Source: Isurus oxyrinchus (Eukaryota). From it: 64,000 nt of DNA. Position 1 is the first letter of the stretch. Each line of letters starts with the position of its first letter. Positions 13,090-25,613 of this stretch are shown piece after piece. Under the pieces are notes generated by a model that made no database searches, had not been told where the DNA came from, and was given only the letters and a program-made list of their open reading frames with translations. Both the position numbers and the translations under genes were made by a program. The stretch lies in assembly GCA_026770705.1 (NCBI GenBank), contig JANJGN010000189.1:124001-188000 (forward strand), given 5' to 3'.

Positions 13090-14452
13090 TGCAACAAGCT
13101 CGAGGGTTTGAATGGGCCTCCTCCTGTTCCTGTGTAACAGGCTCGAGGGGTCTAAATGGGCCTCCTCCTGTTCCAGTGTGACATGATTGTGTGGCTGATT
13201 AAGCCTCCCCCTGTTCCTGTGTAACAGTCTTTGGCAGGGCTGAATGTGCCTCCTCCTGTTCCTGTGTAACAGGCTCCAGGTGCTGAATGCCCTCCCCCTG
13301 TCCTTGTGTAACAGGCTCGAGTGTCCGAATAGGCCTCCTCCTGTTCCTGTGTAACAGGCTCAAGAGGCTGAATGGATCTCCTTGTTTTCCTGTGTTACAG
13401 GTTAGATGGTCTGAATGGGCCACCTCCTGTTCCTGTGTAACAGGTTCAAGGGGACAGAATGGGCCTCCTCCTGTTCCTGTGTAACAGCATCATGGGGCTG
13501 AATGGGCCTCCACCTGTTCCTATCTAACAGGCTTGAGTGGCTGAATGGGCCTCCTCCTGTTCCTGTGTAACAGGCTTGATGGGGCTAAATGAAGCCCCTA
13601 ATGTTCCTGTGTAACAAGCTTGTGGAGGCTGAATGGGTCTCCTGTACCTGTGTAACAGGCTCAAGGGGACAGAATGGGCCTCCTCCTGTTCCAGTGTAAC
13701 AGGCTCGAGGGAACAGAATGGGCCTCCTCCTTTTCCTGTGTAACAGGCACGAGGGACTGAATGGGTTTCCTATTCCTGTGTAAGTGGGTTGAGAGACTGA
13801 ACGTCCTCTTCCTGTTCCTGGGTAACAGGCTCGAGGAGCTGAGACTCTCTCCTGTTCCTGTGGAAGGGTGTTGAGGGACTGAATGTCCTTTTCCTGTTCC
13901 TGTATAATAGGCTCAAGAGGCTGATGGGCTTTCTCCTGTCCTCATGTAACAGGCTTGAGTGGCTGAATGGTCCTCCTCCTGTTCCTGTGTAACAGGCTTG
14001 AGGGAATGAATGGGCCTCCTCCTGTTCCTGTGTAACAAGCTCGAGGGGGCTGAATGGGCCTCCTCCTGTTCCTGTGTAACAGGCTCGAGGGAATGAATGG
14101 GCCTCCTCCTGTTCCTGTGTAACAGGTTCGAGGGGGCTGAATGGCCTCCTGCTGTTCCTGTGTAACAGGATCAAGAGGCTGAATGGGCCTCTTCCTGTTC
14201 CTGTGTAACAGGCTCGAGGGGGCTGGATGGGCCTCCTCCTGTTCCTGTGTAACAGGCTCGAGGGGCTGAATGTGCCTCCTCCTGTTCCTGTGTAACAAGC
14301 TCGAGGGGGCTGAATGGGCCTCCTCCTGTTCCTGTGTAACAGGCTCGAGGGCCTGAATGGGCCTCCTCCTGTTCCTGTGTAACAGGCTCGAGGGGGCTGA
14401 ATGGCCTCCTGCTGTTCCTGTGTAACAGGATCAAGAGGCTGAATGTCCTCCT
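13090..14452 (+). repeat. ~41-bp minisatellite derived from a CR1 3' tail
   Basis: Tandem ggctcgaggggctgaatgggcctcctcctgttcctgtgtaaca units matching the CR1 tails at ~650-690 and ~4065-4100. Confidence 0.9.
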
Positions 14453-14459
14453 GTCATTA

Positions 14460-14672
14460 AAAATAAATACTGCAGATGCTGTAAATCTGAAATAAAAACA
14501 GAAAATGCTGCATTAACTCAGCAGGTCTGGTAGCAGCTGTGGAGAGAGAAACAGACTTCTTGCTTATAGACTCTGAAGAAGGGTCATAAGGACACAAAAT
14601 GCTAATTCTGTTTATCTCTGCACAGATGCTGCCAGACCAACTCAGTTTCTCCAGCATTTTCTGTTTTTGTAT
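14460..14672. mobile_element. Short interspersed element with inverted ends
   Basis: aaaaacagaaaatgctg ... cagcattttctgttttt terminal inverted match. Confidence 0.5.
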
Positions 14673-15788
14673 CAGGTGCCCTCTTGTTCTTGTGTAGCAG
14701 GTTCGAGGGGGCTGAATGGCCTCCTCCTGTTCCTATTCAATGGGCAGTCAAAGAATGTCTGATTTTGGACCTCGAACCCAATTCTGTCCTCAGGACATTG
14801 ACAGAAGGAGAGACCAGTTACAGGTTAATGCCGGAGGATTATTTATTTTCCCAATCTTTTATCCAAGTATCTCATCAAACACAGAGCAGAACCAGGATCA
14901 AGGATGTTGGTCTCTGTGATCTGTAACACATCGCACAGTCCACCCATCCACTCAGCCTTCAGGATGGATGCTCATTGTACTCTCCAAGTGTGAAAGACTA
15001 AAATGATGGTTTATTGCAGCTATATCTCATTCTGTTGTCAAAGCTGTCTCATCCATCCATGACATATTGAAGAAGGTAAACCTGCAACCAATTTTTCACA
15101 TCATAATTTCCTATGTTCATTGGCAACATCAATGTAAACATGTCACGCTGAAATGATGTCCTGCCACCAGTGGTGGCACTGTATCACATCTGTTATCCTC
15201 TGAGCTGCAGAGAATTTCTCAAATCTCCAATCAAATTGTTTCCCTGTTTCCGGGATTGCTGATGGTTTTGCTCTTTAACGATGAAGTGTAAAATCCAAAT
15301 ATATATCTGAAAATACATTTGACTACAAAATGCTGAGTAAATTTTACCAATCTCTTCTGCTCCAATTATCCACCGATCCTGCATTTCCTGAAGTCTACAC
15401 TGGCTGATGAATATTCTGTAAACACTGACAGACAGGAAGGTGAATAACAGAATGAAAATTAACTCATAATCACGGACACGGGATTGAATTTGTGCGTTCT
15501 GTCCTGGTACATCATCGAACGATATCTAAAGACATTTACAATCAGATTGGAGAGAAGTATGTTTCCAACAGTGAGGGACAAATCTGAAGGAGGATGTTCG
15601 AATTGAAACCCACAGACAATCATCCTGGATAGATCATTCCGAAGAAATTCCATCAGATTGTAACAAGAGGTTTAAATCTATTTCCTGGGAGTGAGTTCCT
15701 GTGGATATTAGGAAGGTAAATTGGAGTTTTGAATGATTCTCCCGTTCTGTATTCTCCCCACACTGTCTGTGTCTCATTCTTGCTCAGT

Positions 15789-15905
15789 TTATAAATTCCC
15801 ATAAACAGAATCCTCGGCAAAATCACAGTTTGCGTAAAGATCATCATCTGTATCAGGATTGACTCCGCGGTTAGATTTCATTTCCAGATCCTTCTCATCT
15901 TTCTT
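15789..15905 (-). pseudogene. Orphan terminal cytoplasmic-tail exon of an immune receptor
   Basis: Acceptor tttctgtttctattacag|; KKDEKDLEMKSNRGVNPDTDDDLYANCDFAEDSVYGNL*, with two acidic-flanked YxN tyrosine motifs; no upstream TM exon found on this strand nearby. Confidence 0.65.
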
Positions 15906-16014
15906 CTGTAATAGAAACAGAAATGATCAGAGTGACAATCAGAGTGATCAGTGTTTAGTATTATTGATCCAAATCGAAAATTCCACCCACAATACATACA
16001 TTAATTATTGATAC

Positions 16015-19000
16015 TGTTGGATGCTGCTCACGAGTTTGTTGGGACTTATGGATCCAGGCTTGTTTTGGAGAGGCTGAGTAGGTACAATAGACAGAGTAGA
16101 TCAGCAGACAGTTCTTAGATGAAACACATTCTGCTTATTTACAAAGGAACTCAGCTACACTTGTGTGCTTTCAACTCAAGCCCTGTCTCCGCATTACAGG
16201 CTCTAACTAAAGGTGACCGACTACTGAGGTACCTGCGCCACTCGGCTGTTGGACACTGATATAAGAGTTAAACAGGGACTTCTATTAGTGAAAACCAAAG
16301 GTCAGCAGAATTCTCCAGGTGAACCTTGTGCACCATGGGGCTGACATCAGCAGAACTCTCCAGAAAGGGCTTGAAGATCACAAGGGATTAACTCGAGAAG
16401 TGACATAAAGAGATGCTGAGGGTAAACAGATAAGGTAAAGGCAAACAGCACCAGGCTAGAACGAGATAAACAGTTCTTGCTTGGGTAAGGAGCAGATATG
16501 TACCTGGGACTGGGAACATCTGCTTATTATGTGATTATGTACTGACAAGATTTGAATTTAAATAACCCAATGTGTACGTGACTAACTCTGTGAACAAAAA
16601 AGATGGTTTCCCTGTAATGGGTAGAGTTCTGTTTTTAGCCAGGCCTGAGGTTGATTCTGAGAACACACCACAACACTGAGCTCATGTTATCTTCCATTGT
16701 AACCTTCTTCTTAAAGGTACATCACACATCAGATTACCACCACCCTCCCCCTTTACTCAGAAATACATTTTACACTTACTTTTACCATTTTCTCAAAGTA
16801 TCAAATGATTTACACAGATCAGTAATTTACAAATTCAGTCTTTCTGGGGGGTTTCCTTATGCGTCTGGAACGTCTCAGATCCACAGCTTCAGATGCTTTG
16901 TCAGGAGTCTCCTTTTCTGATGTTGTCCCAACACCAGCTTCTTCGGTGGACACCTGCAAACCTGTTTCCTCAACTCTTGCAGGTACAACGGACCCTTCAG
17001 ACACATCTGTTCTCAGCTGAGTTCTTTCAACAGGAGACATAGACGCAGCCGTGAAGACTGGTGGGATTGTTTCTTGGTACTTTGTTTCTCTCCTCCTTAT
17101 ATGACCCACATGTCTCCATATGACTCGGTCTTCCACTTTCACATGGTGAGAAAGAGTTCCAATCGCTGCATTTATTTCACCCGGTGACCACTTTGGCCCC
17201 TCTCTAAAATCCTTCACATATACCGTCTCTCCTACGGTCAGCTTCCTGTCATGACTATGCCAGTCATGTCCAGTTTCCTGTCTTCCTGGACTCCTTTCCA
17301 CCTTCCCGCTGACATTTAGCATGACTGATGTTGCAAATGTGACGTGAGAAAAAACTTTTTCACACAACTAAGTTTTGGGCCTGGAATGCACGGCCTGGAA
17401 GTGTCGTGGAGGCAGGTTCAATCGAGGCATTCAGGAGGGCATTAGATGGTTATTTGGATAGAGAAAAGGTGCAGGGGCATGGGGAAAGGCAGGGCAATGA
17501 CACTAGGTCATGATGCTCATTTGGAGAGCTGGGATAGACACGATGGGCTGAATGGCCTCCTGCTGTGCCATTAAGACTCTGTGATCCTGCAGAGGAGACT
17601 CTGAAAGGCAAACCGGTTTATTGATACAACCCTTTGTGTGTATTAATTGTGACAAACTTCTGGGAGGCCTTCTCGAACTCCAATTGTTGATAAGCATGGC
17701 TCATATCAGCTCCGTGTAGGCCGTTCCAGTCAATTCTTGTCATCTCCGCAAATTCAACCACTTTGGCCAGGCTCAGGTCCAGGGACTATTGGTGCTGCCC
17801 ATTCTGAGGGCAGCACAGATTGTATCCCTCCCAGTTTCTAGAACCTGCCCAATTCAGCATCTGCCTTTTCCCACATTGCATAAGGTACTGGTCGTGCCTT
17901 CATAAATCAGAGGGGTAGAGTCTGGATCCACATGAATTTTTGCTTGCAGCCCCTGGATCTCTCCGAGTTCATCTTGGAAAACTGAGATGTATTTTTGTAG
18001 TAGCTCAGGTAGCCCACTGGCTCTCAGTTGGAAGATCTCAGACCAATCCAGTTTAATATCTTTCAGCCAGTTTCGTCCAAGGAGGCTTGGTCCCTCACCA
18101 GCTCCCATCATCAAGGGTCATTTTACTGATTGACTTCCATACTGTATAATAACCCTGCTTATGTCTTTGGCTTGAATGTCTTCTCCCGTGTAAGTTTTCA
18201 ATTAGTCATCTATTCTTCCAAATTTAATTGACTTTCCCCATGATTCCAGTATTTGAAAGTATGCTCACCAATTAGCGTAGTGTTAGCTCCTGTGTCCACC
18301 CCCATTCTGAGAGCTCTATCATTCACCCTCACTGTTACATAGATTGGCTCTGTTCTTCCTACCTTTAAATTATACAATGAATAACTATCTGAATCTGTTA
18401 CTTCAGGCTCTTCTATGTTATGGATCTCACAGGGTTTTCTCTCTTGATTGAAACTCTGCCTGATTCTATCCTTGCAATCTCTCATGGGCTCTCTGTTTCG
18501 ATGACAGTAAAAACAATTGATTTTTTTAAAGTTCCATTCACTACGATGTTGTCTGCTTCACCTCTGTTCACATTATTCCATGTTTTCTCTGCTAAGTCAT
18601 TCCTTTTTATTTGCTGCTAGTGGTGGAGGTTTCCCGTTTCTCATCAGAGCTGTACATTTTCCCGCACTTCTTGGCTGAGGCTCCTCACCCAACATGAGGA
18701 CGGTGACATTTTGCACTCTCCATATGTTTTTCGAGTCCCTCACTGCTCTTTCCATAGCCAGCACTCTTCCCAGAGCCTTCTGAATATCCAAATCTGTTTC
18801 AGACAGTAATCTCTTCTGAATCGCATCTTCATTTATACTGCACACCAGTCGATCTCTCAGCATATCATTTATAGATTTACCAAACTCACAATGTCCTGTT
18901 AACTGTTTCAGAATTTCCACATAACATGCAGCTGCCTCCCCTGGGACTCTATTTCTTGAGTTAAATTTGGACCGTTGCATCGTTACCGAGGGCTGGGGCT

Positions 19001-19395
19001 GGGAAGGAATCTTCACAAGGTTCACTATATCATCTAAACTTTTTGAATCCATGGCACCGGGTGGCATTAAAGTTCGCATCAATCCCTAAATCTTACTGCC
19101 ACACGTGGATAAGAGGGTCGCTCGCCTCTTCTCCTCCCCATCAATGTCATTCACTTGGAAAAAGAACGCGAGGAGTTCACCATAATGAGACCAATCGCCC
19201 ACCGTTGGGTCGAAAGGATCAACTCTTCCAAACTGCAGCATTCTTCGAGGGGGCTGCATCGGTTATTAGGATGGAAATTACATTTATAATCACTGCGTGA
19301 GGCACAGCCCGATTTCAGTTCCCTTGCTCTCATTCCTTGATTTTTCTTCCTTGTTTTTCACCTCATCACCAGTTTATTCAACCCTTGTCACTACT
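16015..19395 (-). mobile_element. Degenerate Ty3/Gypsy LTR retrotransposon (with nested CR1 fragment ~17366-17585)
   Basis: PBS-like TGGTGATGAG near 19370; gag LRDRLVCSINEDAIQKRLLSE; protease VDTGA; GPSLLGRNWL; integrase C-terminus VGETVYVKDF...KWSPG; polypurine tract near 16741-16755. Confidence 0.85.
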
Positions 19396-19685
19396 TTAGT
19401 TTGCACTCCCTCGGTACTGAGCCTGCGACAGTGCAGCATTCCCTGGGTACGGACCCTCCGACTGTGCAGTGGTCCCTTAGTCATGAGCCCCTGATAGTGC
19501 AGCAGCCCCTAGGTACTGATGCTTGAAAAGTGTAGCGCTCCCTCAGCATTGACCATCTGACAGTGCAGCACTCCTTCAGCACTGGCACACCCAGAGTGCA
19601 ACACTCGCAGTACAGACCCTCCGACAGTGCAGCACTAAGTCAGTACTGACTCTCCGACTGTGCAGGACTCTCAGTCCTGACACCG
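19396..19685 (+). repeat. 32-bp satellite (cagtgcagcactccctcagtactgaccctccga), degenerate
   Basis: Tandem units; same family recurs at six other sites in the window. Confidence 0.8.
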
Positions 19686-19899
19686 AGTGCCGGTCTGGTT
19701 TGCCAGCCTGAATTTTGCCAAATGAATTTCGAACTGACGAACTTCTCACTCAGAGAGAGAGAGAGGGTTCGAAATCCAGTGACACACAGGAGAAATTCCT
19801 GGTCAATGACTTTACACTTTTGAGCAGAAATATCATCACAAGTCCAGAACGCAAAGGGTTAACAGCTTCAAAAAACTCAAAACACGACCTGTTCTGTCA

Positions 19900-20049
19900 C
19901 TTTGATCCAACTTCCTCATTTTGTCTCACAGTGACACATCAACCCTTTCTCATTAAATACACAGAGGCAGCAGCACAGGAAGAGGTCATTCAGCCCAAGC
20001 AGAGCGTGTGGGCAGTTCCTCCCCAGGCAAGCAGTCGGACAGGTCCTGG
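19900..20049 (+). promoter_or_regulatory. Putative promoter and non-coding first exon of gene B
   Basis: ACTTCCTCatttt ETS/PU.1-like site at 19910; donor CTGG|gtaagt at 20049; mirror of 12847-12990. Confidence 0.5.
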
Positions 20050-20499
20050 GTAAGTAACGGAATGATTGGAATTCACTTCCACCACCAACACCGTCCTTTG
20101 TTGATGTTGTGACTTTATAAAAACAGATTCCAATGATTGATGCCTTTGAAAGATTTCTACTGATTATTGTGATCTGGGTGTGAGGCTCAAGTCTGTTGTA
20201 CAGAACATCTTTCTAGCTCAAGGGATGAGGGAAGTGCAGAGACATGAGCTTTGGGACATCCTGAGGTGGTGAAAGGCGATATAGAAATGCAAGTCCTTCA
20301 TTGATCTATTTTTTTAAAGCTTTTTAACTCTCTGCAGAGCACCTATCATCCCACAGAGAACCAAATTAGTCTGTGTAGACAATGTCTAAAAGCAGTTCTG
20401 ATCTCTCGAGAGCTGTCGGACAAGAGGTGAAGTCTCATTAACTCCTTTCTCTTTCACAGTTTGAGAGTCAGAAGCTAAAGGAATATCTGGGAGTGGACA

Positions 20500-20539
20500 G
20501 TGATCGGGAAATCTTACTTCCTCCTGTCACTTCTCCAAG
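20500..20539 (+). CDS. Siglec-like gene B leader coding part, begins with GTG
   Basis: GTG ATC GGG AAA TCT TAC TTC CTC CTG TCA CTT CTC CAA G|gtaata; acceptor tttcacag| at 20459. Confidence 0.75.
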
Positions 20540-21519
20540 GTAATATCATCGTCAGCTTGGACAGACTTATGGCTAATAGTCTTTGTAAAAGATCATTCTT
20601 ATTGAGCTCTGATAGGGAACCGGTTCAGCAGTGAGCCAGTGTACAAACTCACACCAAGTCCCATTCACCCATCACCCCTGTGCTCACTGATATACACTGA
20701 CTCCCTGTCTGACAGCAGAATTGGAGGACAGCAGAGACCTCAAAGGGTTTCAGGGCTGGAGGAAGTGACAGTGATAGGGAGTGGAGAGGGAGGATGGAGG
20801 GATAAGGAATCAATGAAGAGATTTTGAAAATTGAGTTATTGCTGGACTGGGAGCCAGTGTAGGTCAGCGAGTGACAGGGGAGCGATCGGCTGAATAGAGA
20901 AGCAGGGATAAAAACTGGGGGATGAAGTCTATCCTGATGCTAGCACTCCGATATCAATGCCCTGAAATTTTTCTCTCTTGCTGATTTTCATCAGAATTTC
21001 CCATGAAGACAACACAGAAGCTCTTAGATTAGACAGGCAGTTCAGCGTCACACTTCCTGTCCCTTCTCACCATGCTAGAAAATTCGATAAGGGAGCAAGA
21101 TAACTGATAGAGAGAAGGGAGGCAAAGCTGTCTGTATGTAAAACTGTCAAATATTCTGAGTTATCATGATGGTTTCTGATCTGCTGCAGAGTTTATATTT
21201 CATTGAAACTTATCACTTTGCAGCTCAGAGAGAGACCATTGACTCACTGCCTGAAAGGGCGGTGGAAGCAGATTCAACAGGAATTTTCAGAAGAGGAACT
21301 GGATAAATACTTGAAGGGGACATTTTGCAGGGCTGTGGGGGAGAGAGCAGAGGGGAGAGTGGGAATAATTGGACAGATCTTTCAAAGGCCCAGCACAGGC
21401 TCGATGGGCCAAATGGCTTCCTTCTGTTCCAGATCATTCGACAATCCGATAAATTAAGTCCCTTTTCAATAACTCTTCAGGCTCCTGCTGCAGGAATGGA
21501 TCTTTGAGAAGGACAGGGA

Positions 21520-24500
21520 GCAAGCGGTTTCTCATATCATGTTCATATTTATTGACAATTACATAAGTGTACGGAACTGTTGAATATTTGAGTCTCTAAA
21601 GTGTGGATTTGACCTTCTGGTACACCCAGATCTTATGCTGGTTACCTTGTCTGGAGGTGTCTTTAACTGCTCACAGTGATCTGTGGGATTGTCACCCTTG
21701 GATGTTGTTCCTGATTTCATGTGGGATCTTCTCCTCGATGGAATAGGAGCAGGAATGGATCTGATTTATCCTCGGTTCCGCCTCACCGCTGTGCCCTTGT
21801 GTGTTTGACTCCATAGGCCCTTGGTTCTGAACAAATCCTTGTCACCTCGGCTGGTGGTCATGAACCTTCTGTGGGATCCTGGATGTGAACTTGTCCCAAC
21901 TGTAAACTTGGCAACTCTGCACCATAATTTTGATCATGAACATTCCTTATCTTCTCTTGTAGTTTTAAAAGTTGCGCTCTGGTTTCTGAGAGAGTAGAAT
22001 GGGTAAGAATAGCGAAATTGGTCACTACTGGCCCACCAAACATGCTCTCTGTCAGTGATGGAATAAGGTGAGGTGATGGTGTAGTGGTATTGTTGCTGGA
22101 TGAGTAATTCAGAGACCCAGGGTAATGTCCTGAGCATATGGGTTCAAATCCTGCCATAATTGATGATGGAATTTGAAATAAATAAAAAGATGAAATTCAA
22201 AGTCCAGTGATGACCACAAAACGATTGTTGGAAATCCGACCTGGTTCACCAGTGCCCTTTAGGGAACAAAATTGTCTGGCCGACATGTGACTCCACACTC
22301 CACGTCAATGTGGTTGATTCTTACATTAGGGATGGGTAATAAATCCTGGCCTGGCCAGTGACTCCCACATCCCGTGAATGAATTTAACAAAGTTGCAGTT
22401 GTAGGTGTCGATCTCAGATGTAACATTGCAATGTGTGGATCTTGCTTGGCCTGTCTACATTTGAGAATTAGGGATTTCACTGTGTGAATCATTCATTCAG
22501 CTAGGCTGTTAGATCTGGGGTAATGAGGAGAAGAAGTAGTGTGATTGATATTCCAGATTATCTGTAATCATGTCCCTAGGCTCACCAAATAAACTGAAAA
22601 TAGTGCTTAGAGTGTAAGCAGCAGTTGTGCTCGGTGTGTTGTGCTATTTTTGAATAACGGGATATCTGGTAAAGCTGTCGACGACGATGAAGTCAGTGAC
22701 ATGGACATGAAAGGATTCAGATGTGATTTTGGACTAAGAATGGGCAGGAATTTCCTGTGGAATCAGTGGTTCTTTGTGTTGACTTGGCTCATCCTCTTGA
22801 CAAGCCTCGAACTTCCCTACAATGACTTCAAGGTCATTGTTTATACCCGGCCAGGGACTGTATCTCTTGGGAGTCTCCTTGTCTGATCTGTGCCCATGTG
22901 TGAAGGATGAAGTTGTTGAAGAATATATCATCACAAAGGTTCTGGTATGATGCGATGCCTGCCATTAAAAATGACTCCCTGGGAGATGCCTCGCTTATCC
23001 CGATGACATCAAGTTGAATCAGGCCACCCTTTCAATGATATTTCCACATTTCCTGTAGAATTTTTCACTGTCCCCTCTTGTAGATGCTGGCATTTCTGTT
23101 GTGCTAAATGTACTGGATCAATTGACAGACTTGCATTCTCCTGCAGGTGTAATGTTGCAGCTCCCTTGAAACTGCAAATACTGTTGAAACTTTCTGCATA
23201 TTTCAATGTTATGTCCATGAACTGAGTTGATGGGGTAGTTTCTGAGGTTGACCCATGTGAGGTCTGACAGATTCCATGGATTGTCACTAGTGTGAGGTCA
23301 CCGCATGCCGGTAGACTTGCAATTGCTCAGCCTTTAGTCTCCACGATGTAGAACATCTGTGACACCCAGGAGGATTGATTGTACTTGCACCCCAGGACTA
23401 TGTATTCCGCACATGGAGTTGGTGAAGTGTTGTACACAGCAGTAGGTTTCCCCATGGACTTCCATGTCCTTGGATACATGTCTTTGAAAATTTGCTGGGG
23501 TGGTCGGGGGGAGGGGAATGTTGGCACTTGCCCTTGTGTCAATCTTGGCCAATAAAGGAGAGGTAGCAACTTTCTCAGGGCAGATAATTGGAATCTTGGC
23601 CAATAGTGCGGGTGATGTGACGGCATCTGTTCTCCATTAGATTGATGGTGTAAAAGGTGTGAAATTGTTCAACAATTGCACAAAACGTTGAGCACAAATG
23701 TTGCACAAACTCTAGGCCGGGGTTTTCCGGCCCAGTCATGGTGGGACCTGCCTGGGAGATAGGGACAAATATAAATCCATTGGCTTTTGGCCGGACCGGG
23801 CAATCCTGGCAGTGGGTGGGGCCAGAAAATCCCACCCCATTGGGACATTTTCAGTTTATTTGATGTGCCCAGAGAGATCATTAAGGACAACAATCCACAA
23901 TTTATTGGCAAGCCACGTCAGGATATGTGTGAGAGGTGGAATATCGATCACCGCTCCTCGTCTCACCATGTACATCATCGCCATTTCCTGGTTTGTCAGT
24001 CACCACATGTATATGTTCCTGATGGGATAGCGGATGGTCATTCTTATTGATTGAAGGTTCCCCGTTGTGTAGGGTCTGTTTGGATCAGCGCACGGCTCTT
24101 TGTAGCTGCATCAGCCTTTGCACTAGTGCCCTGCCACTGTCAATGGCCCTTTCTGCCACAAGCCTTGCAGGATTGGTGGAAAGCTGGGCATTTCCTTGGT
24201 GCCTGCAGAAGGCCACACCTTCCACACGTCTCACTAGGTTTGGATGTTCTAGTGAGTGTGTCAACAACTTATGTTGTACTGAGGACCTGTAATCTTCGTT
24301 GACCTGCGAGGATCACTTCGTATTTATGTCCATCCTTGAGTAGCTCTTCAATGCTATAGGTTTTGGTCTTATCTAGCAGATCTTTCTGGAAGGCTTCCAT
24401 GGGAGTGGATGCGATCACCAACTCAACAACTGTGTCTGCAGGCTCTGTGTTTGAAATCACAGTGCGTACCCTTTTCTCTACATCGGCTGATGAAGTGGTC

Positions 24501-25613
24501 TATGGATTGTGTAGGCTGATGAAATGACATAAACTCTAATTGATGAATATGGAGTTTCACCTGATTCTGAACCTGTCTTCCAATGTCGTCCATATCTATT
24601 GGGGATCCTTTCGCTCTTCTGCTGTTAATCCTGACGTGTTCAGCCTGTGTAGACCTTCATTCCCAATCGTGAGGTGAATTTTTATGGGTGGTTCGTCTGG
24701 TTCAGTCACACCTGAATCAGGAAACCAGAGCTCTGTACGCTGTTTAAACATTCTGAATTCAGATAGTCGGTCAGCTACATCCCAGTTCAAACTGGGGAAT
24801 TTTGTGGACATTCTGACAATATTCCTTTGACCTTCCTTCTCCTACAGGATCTGGGATGAGTGTCGCTTTAGCCCCTTTTGTGTGCTTTTCCGAAGCTCCG
24901 CCCACGGAGACGGGTTGTGGCAGGAACACACCACGGAGTAATGGAGTCTTTGTTTTTTATTCAATTTGCTGTTCAGCAATCTCGAAGCCGCCCGTTATAA
25001 TCACTAACTTCTCTGGGCTGATTTTTATAATGGTTTTTGTGTGTTTGACTCTCCCTCGCTCACTATCGATCCAGCCCACACTCTGGTCACTCGCCTTCCC
25101 TGACTGAGCTAACCCGCTGCTGGTCCTGGCGATACACACTGTCCCACTCACTGACCTACAGGCCGTGTGCTGTAATCTCACCACGAGGGATCCGTCTGCT
25201 CCCCAGCTCTTTACTTGAGCTCTTTCCCGTCACTGTGTCTTCAAAGGTTTCCTGAGCAGTCAGTACACTGCAATTTCAACCCTCTCTGATGCTGTGTCTC
25301 TGTTGTGGTCTGACCAAAGCGTCGAGGGTCGTCTCATGTCATGTAGCTCGATCTAAGGCTGTTCACCACGTCATACCTGTACTGAATCTTGCTGCCAGAA
25401 TGTTTGGCCACCGCTGATCACCATGTTGTGTTTTTATAATGATATAAAGGCACCAACCACTGATACGGAATTGGGTAAATACATTGTGGGTTCAGTTATT
25501 TAGAATAGGGACATAAGAACAGATATACAAGGATAGAAAGCTGGGAGACACCTGCGGCCAAACTGTGTGAGCTGTGTTCTGCTCACAGGCCAAAGTGAAA
25601 CTTGGACTGGATG
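21520..25613 (-). mobile_element. Ty3/Gypsy retrotransposon remnant (longer counterpart of 8718-11100)
   Basis: Same gag and zinc knuckle, plus protease-like KIDTRASAN and integrase-like DPHIAMLHLRSTP segments. Confidence 0.8.

Noticed and set aside
13770-14434. Repetitive ORFs (LEPVTQEQEEAH...)
   Set aside because: Translations of the 41-bp minisatellite, open in several frames, with no splice or domain support
15459-15847. Two 64-aa ORFs on the minus strand
   Set aside because: Out-of-frame or 3' UTR readings next to the orphan tail exon, with no recognisable domain
20382-20441. Upstream ATG (MSKSSSDLSRAVGQE) as the true start of gene B
   Set aside because: It hits TAA if unspliced; the implied 33-nt intron is too short and gives a non-signal frame; the ATG is TTG in gene A
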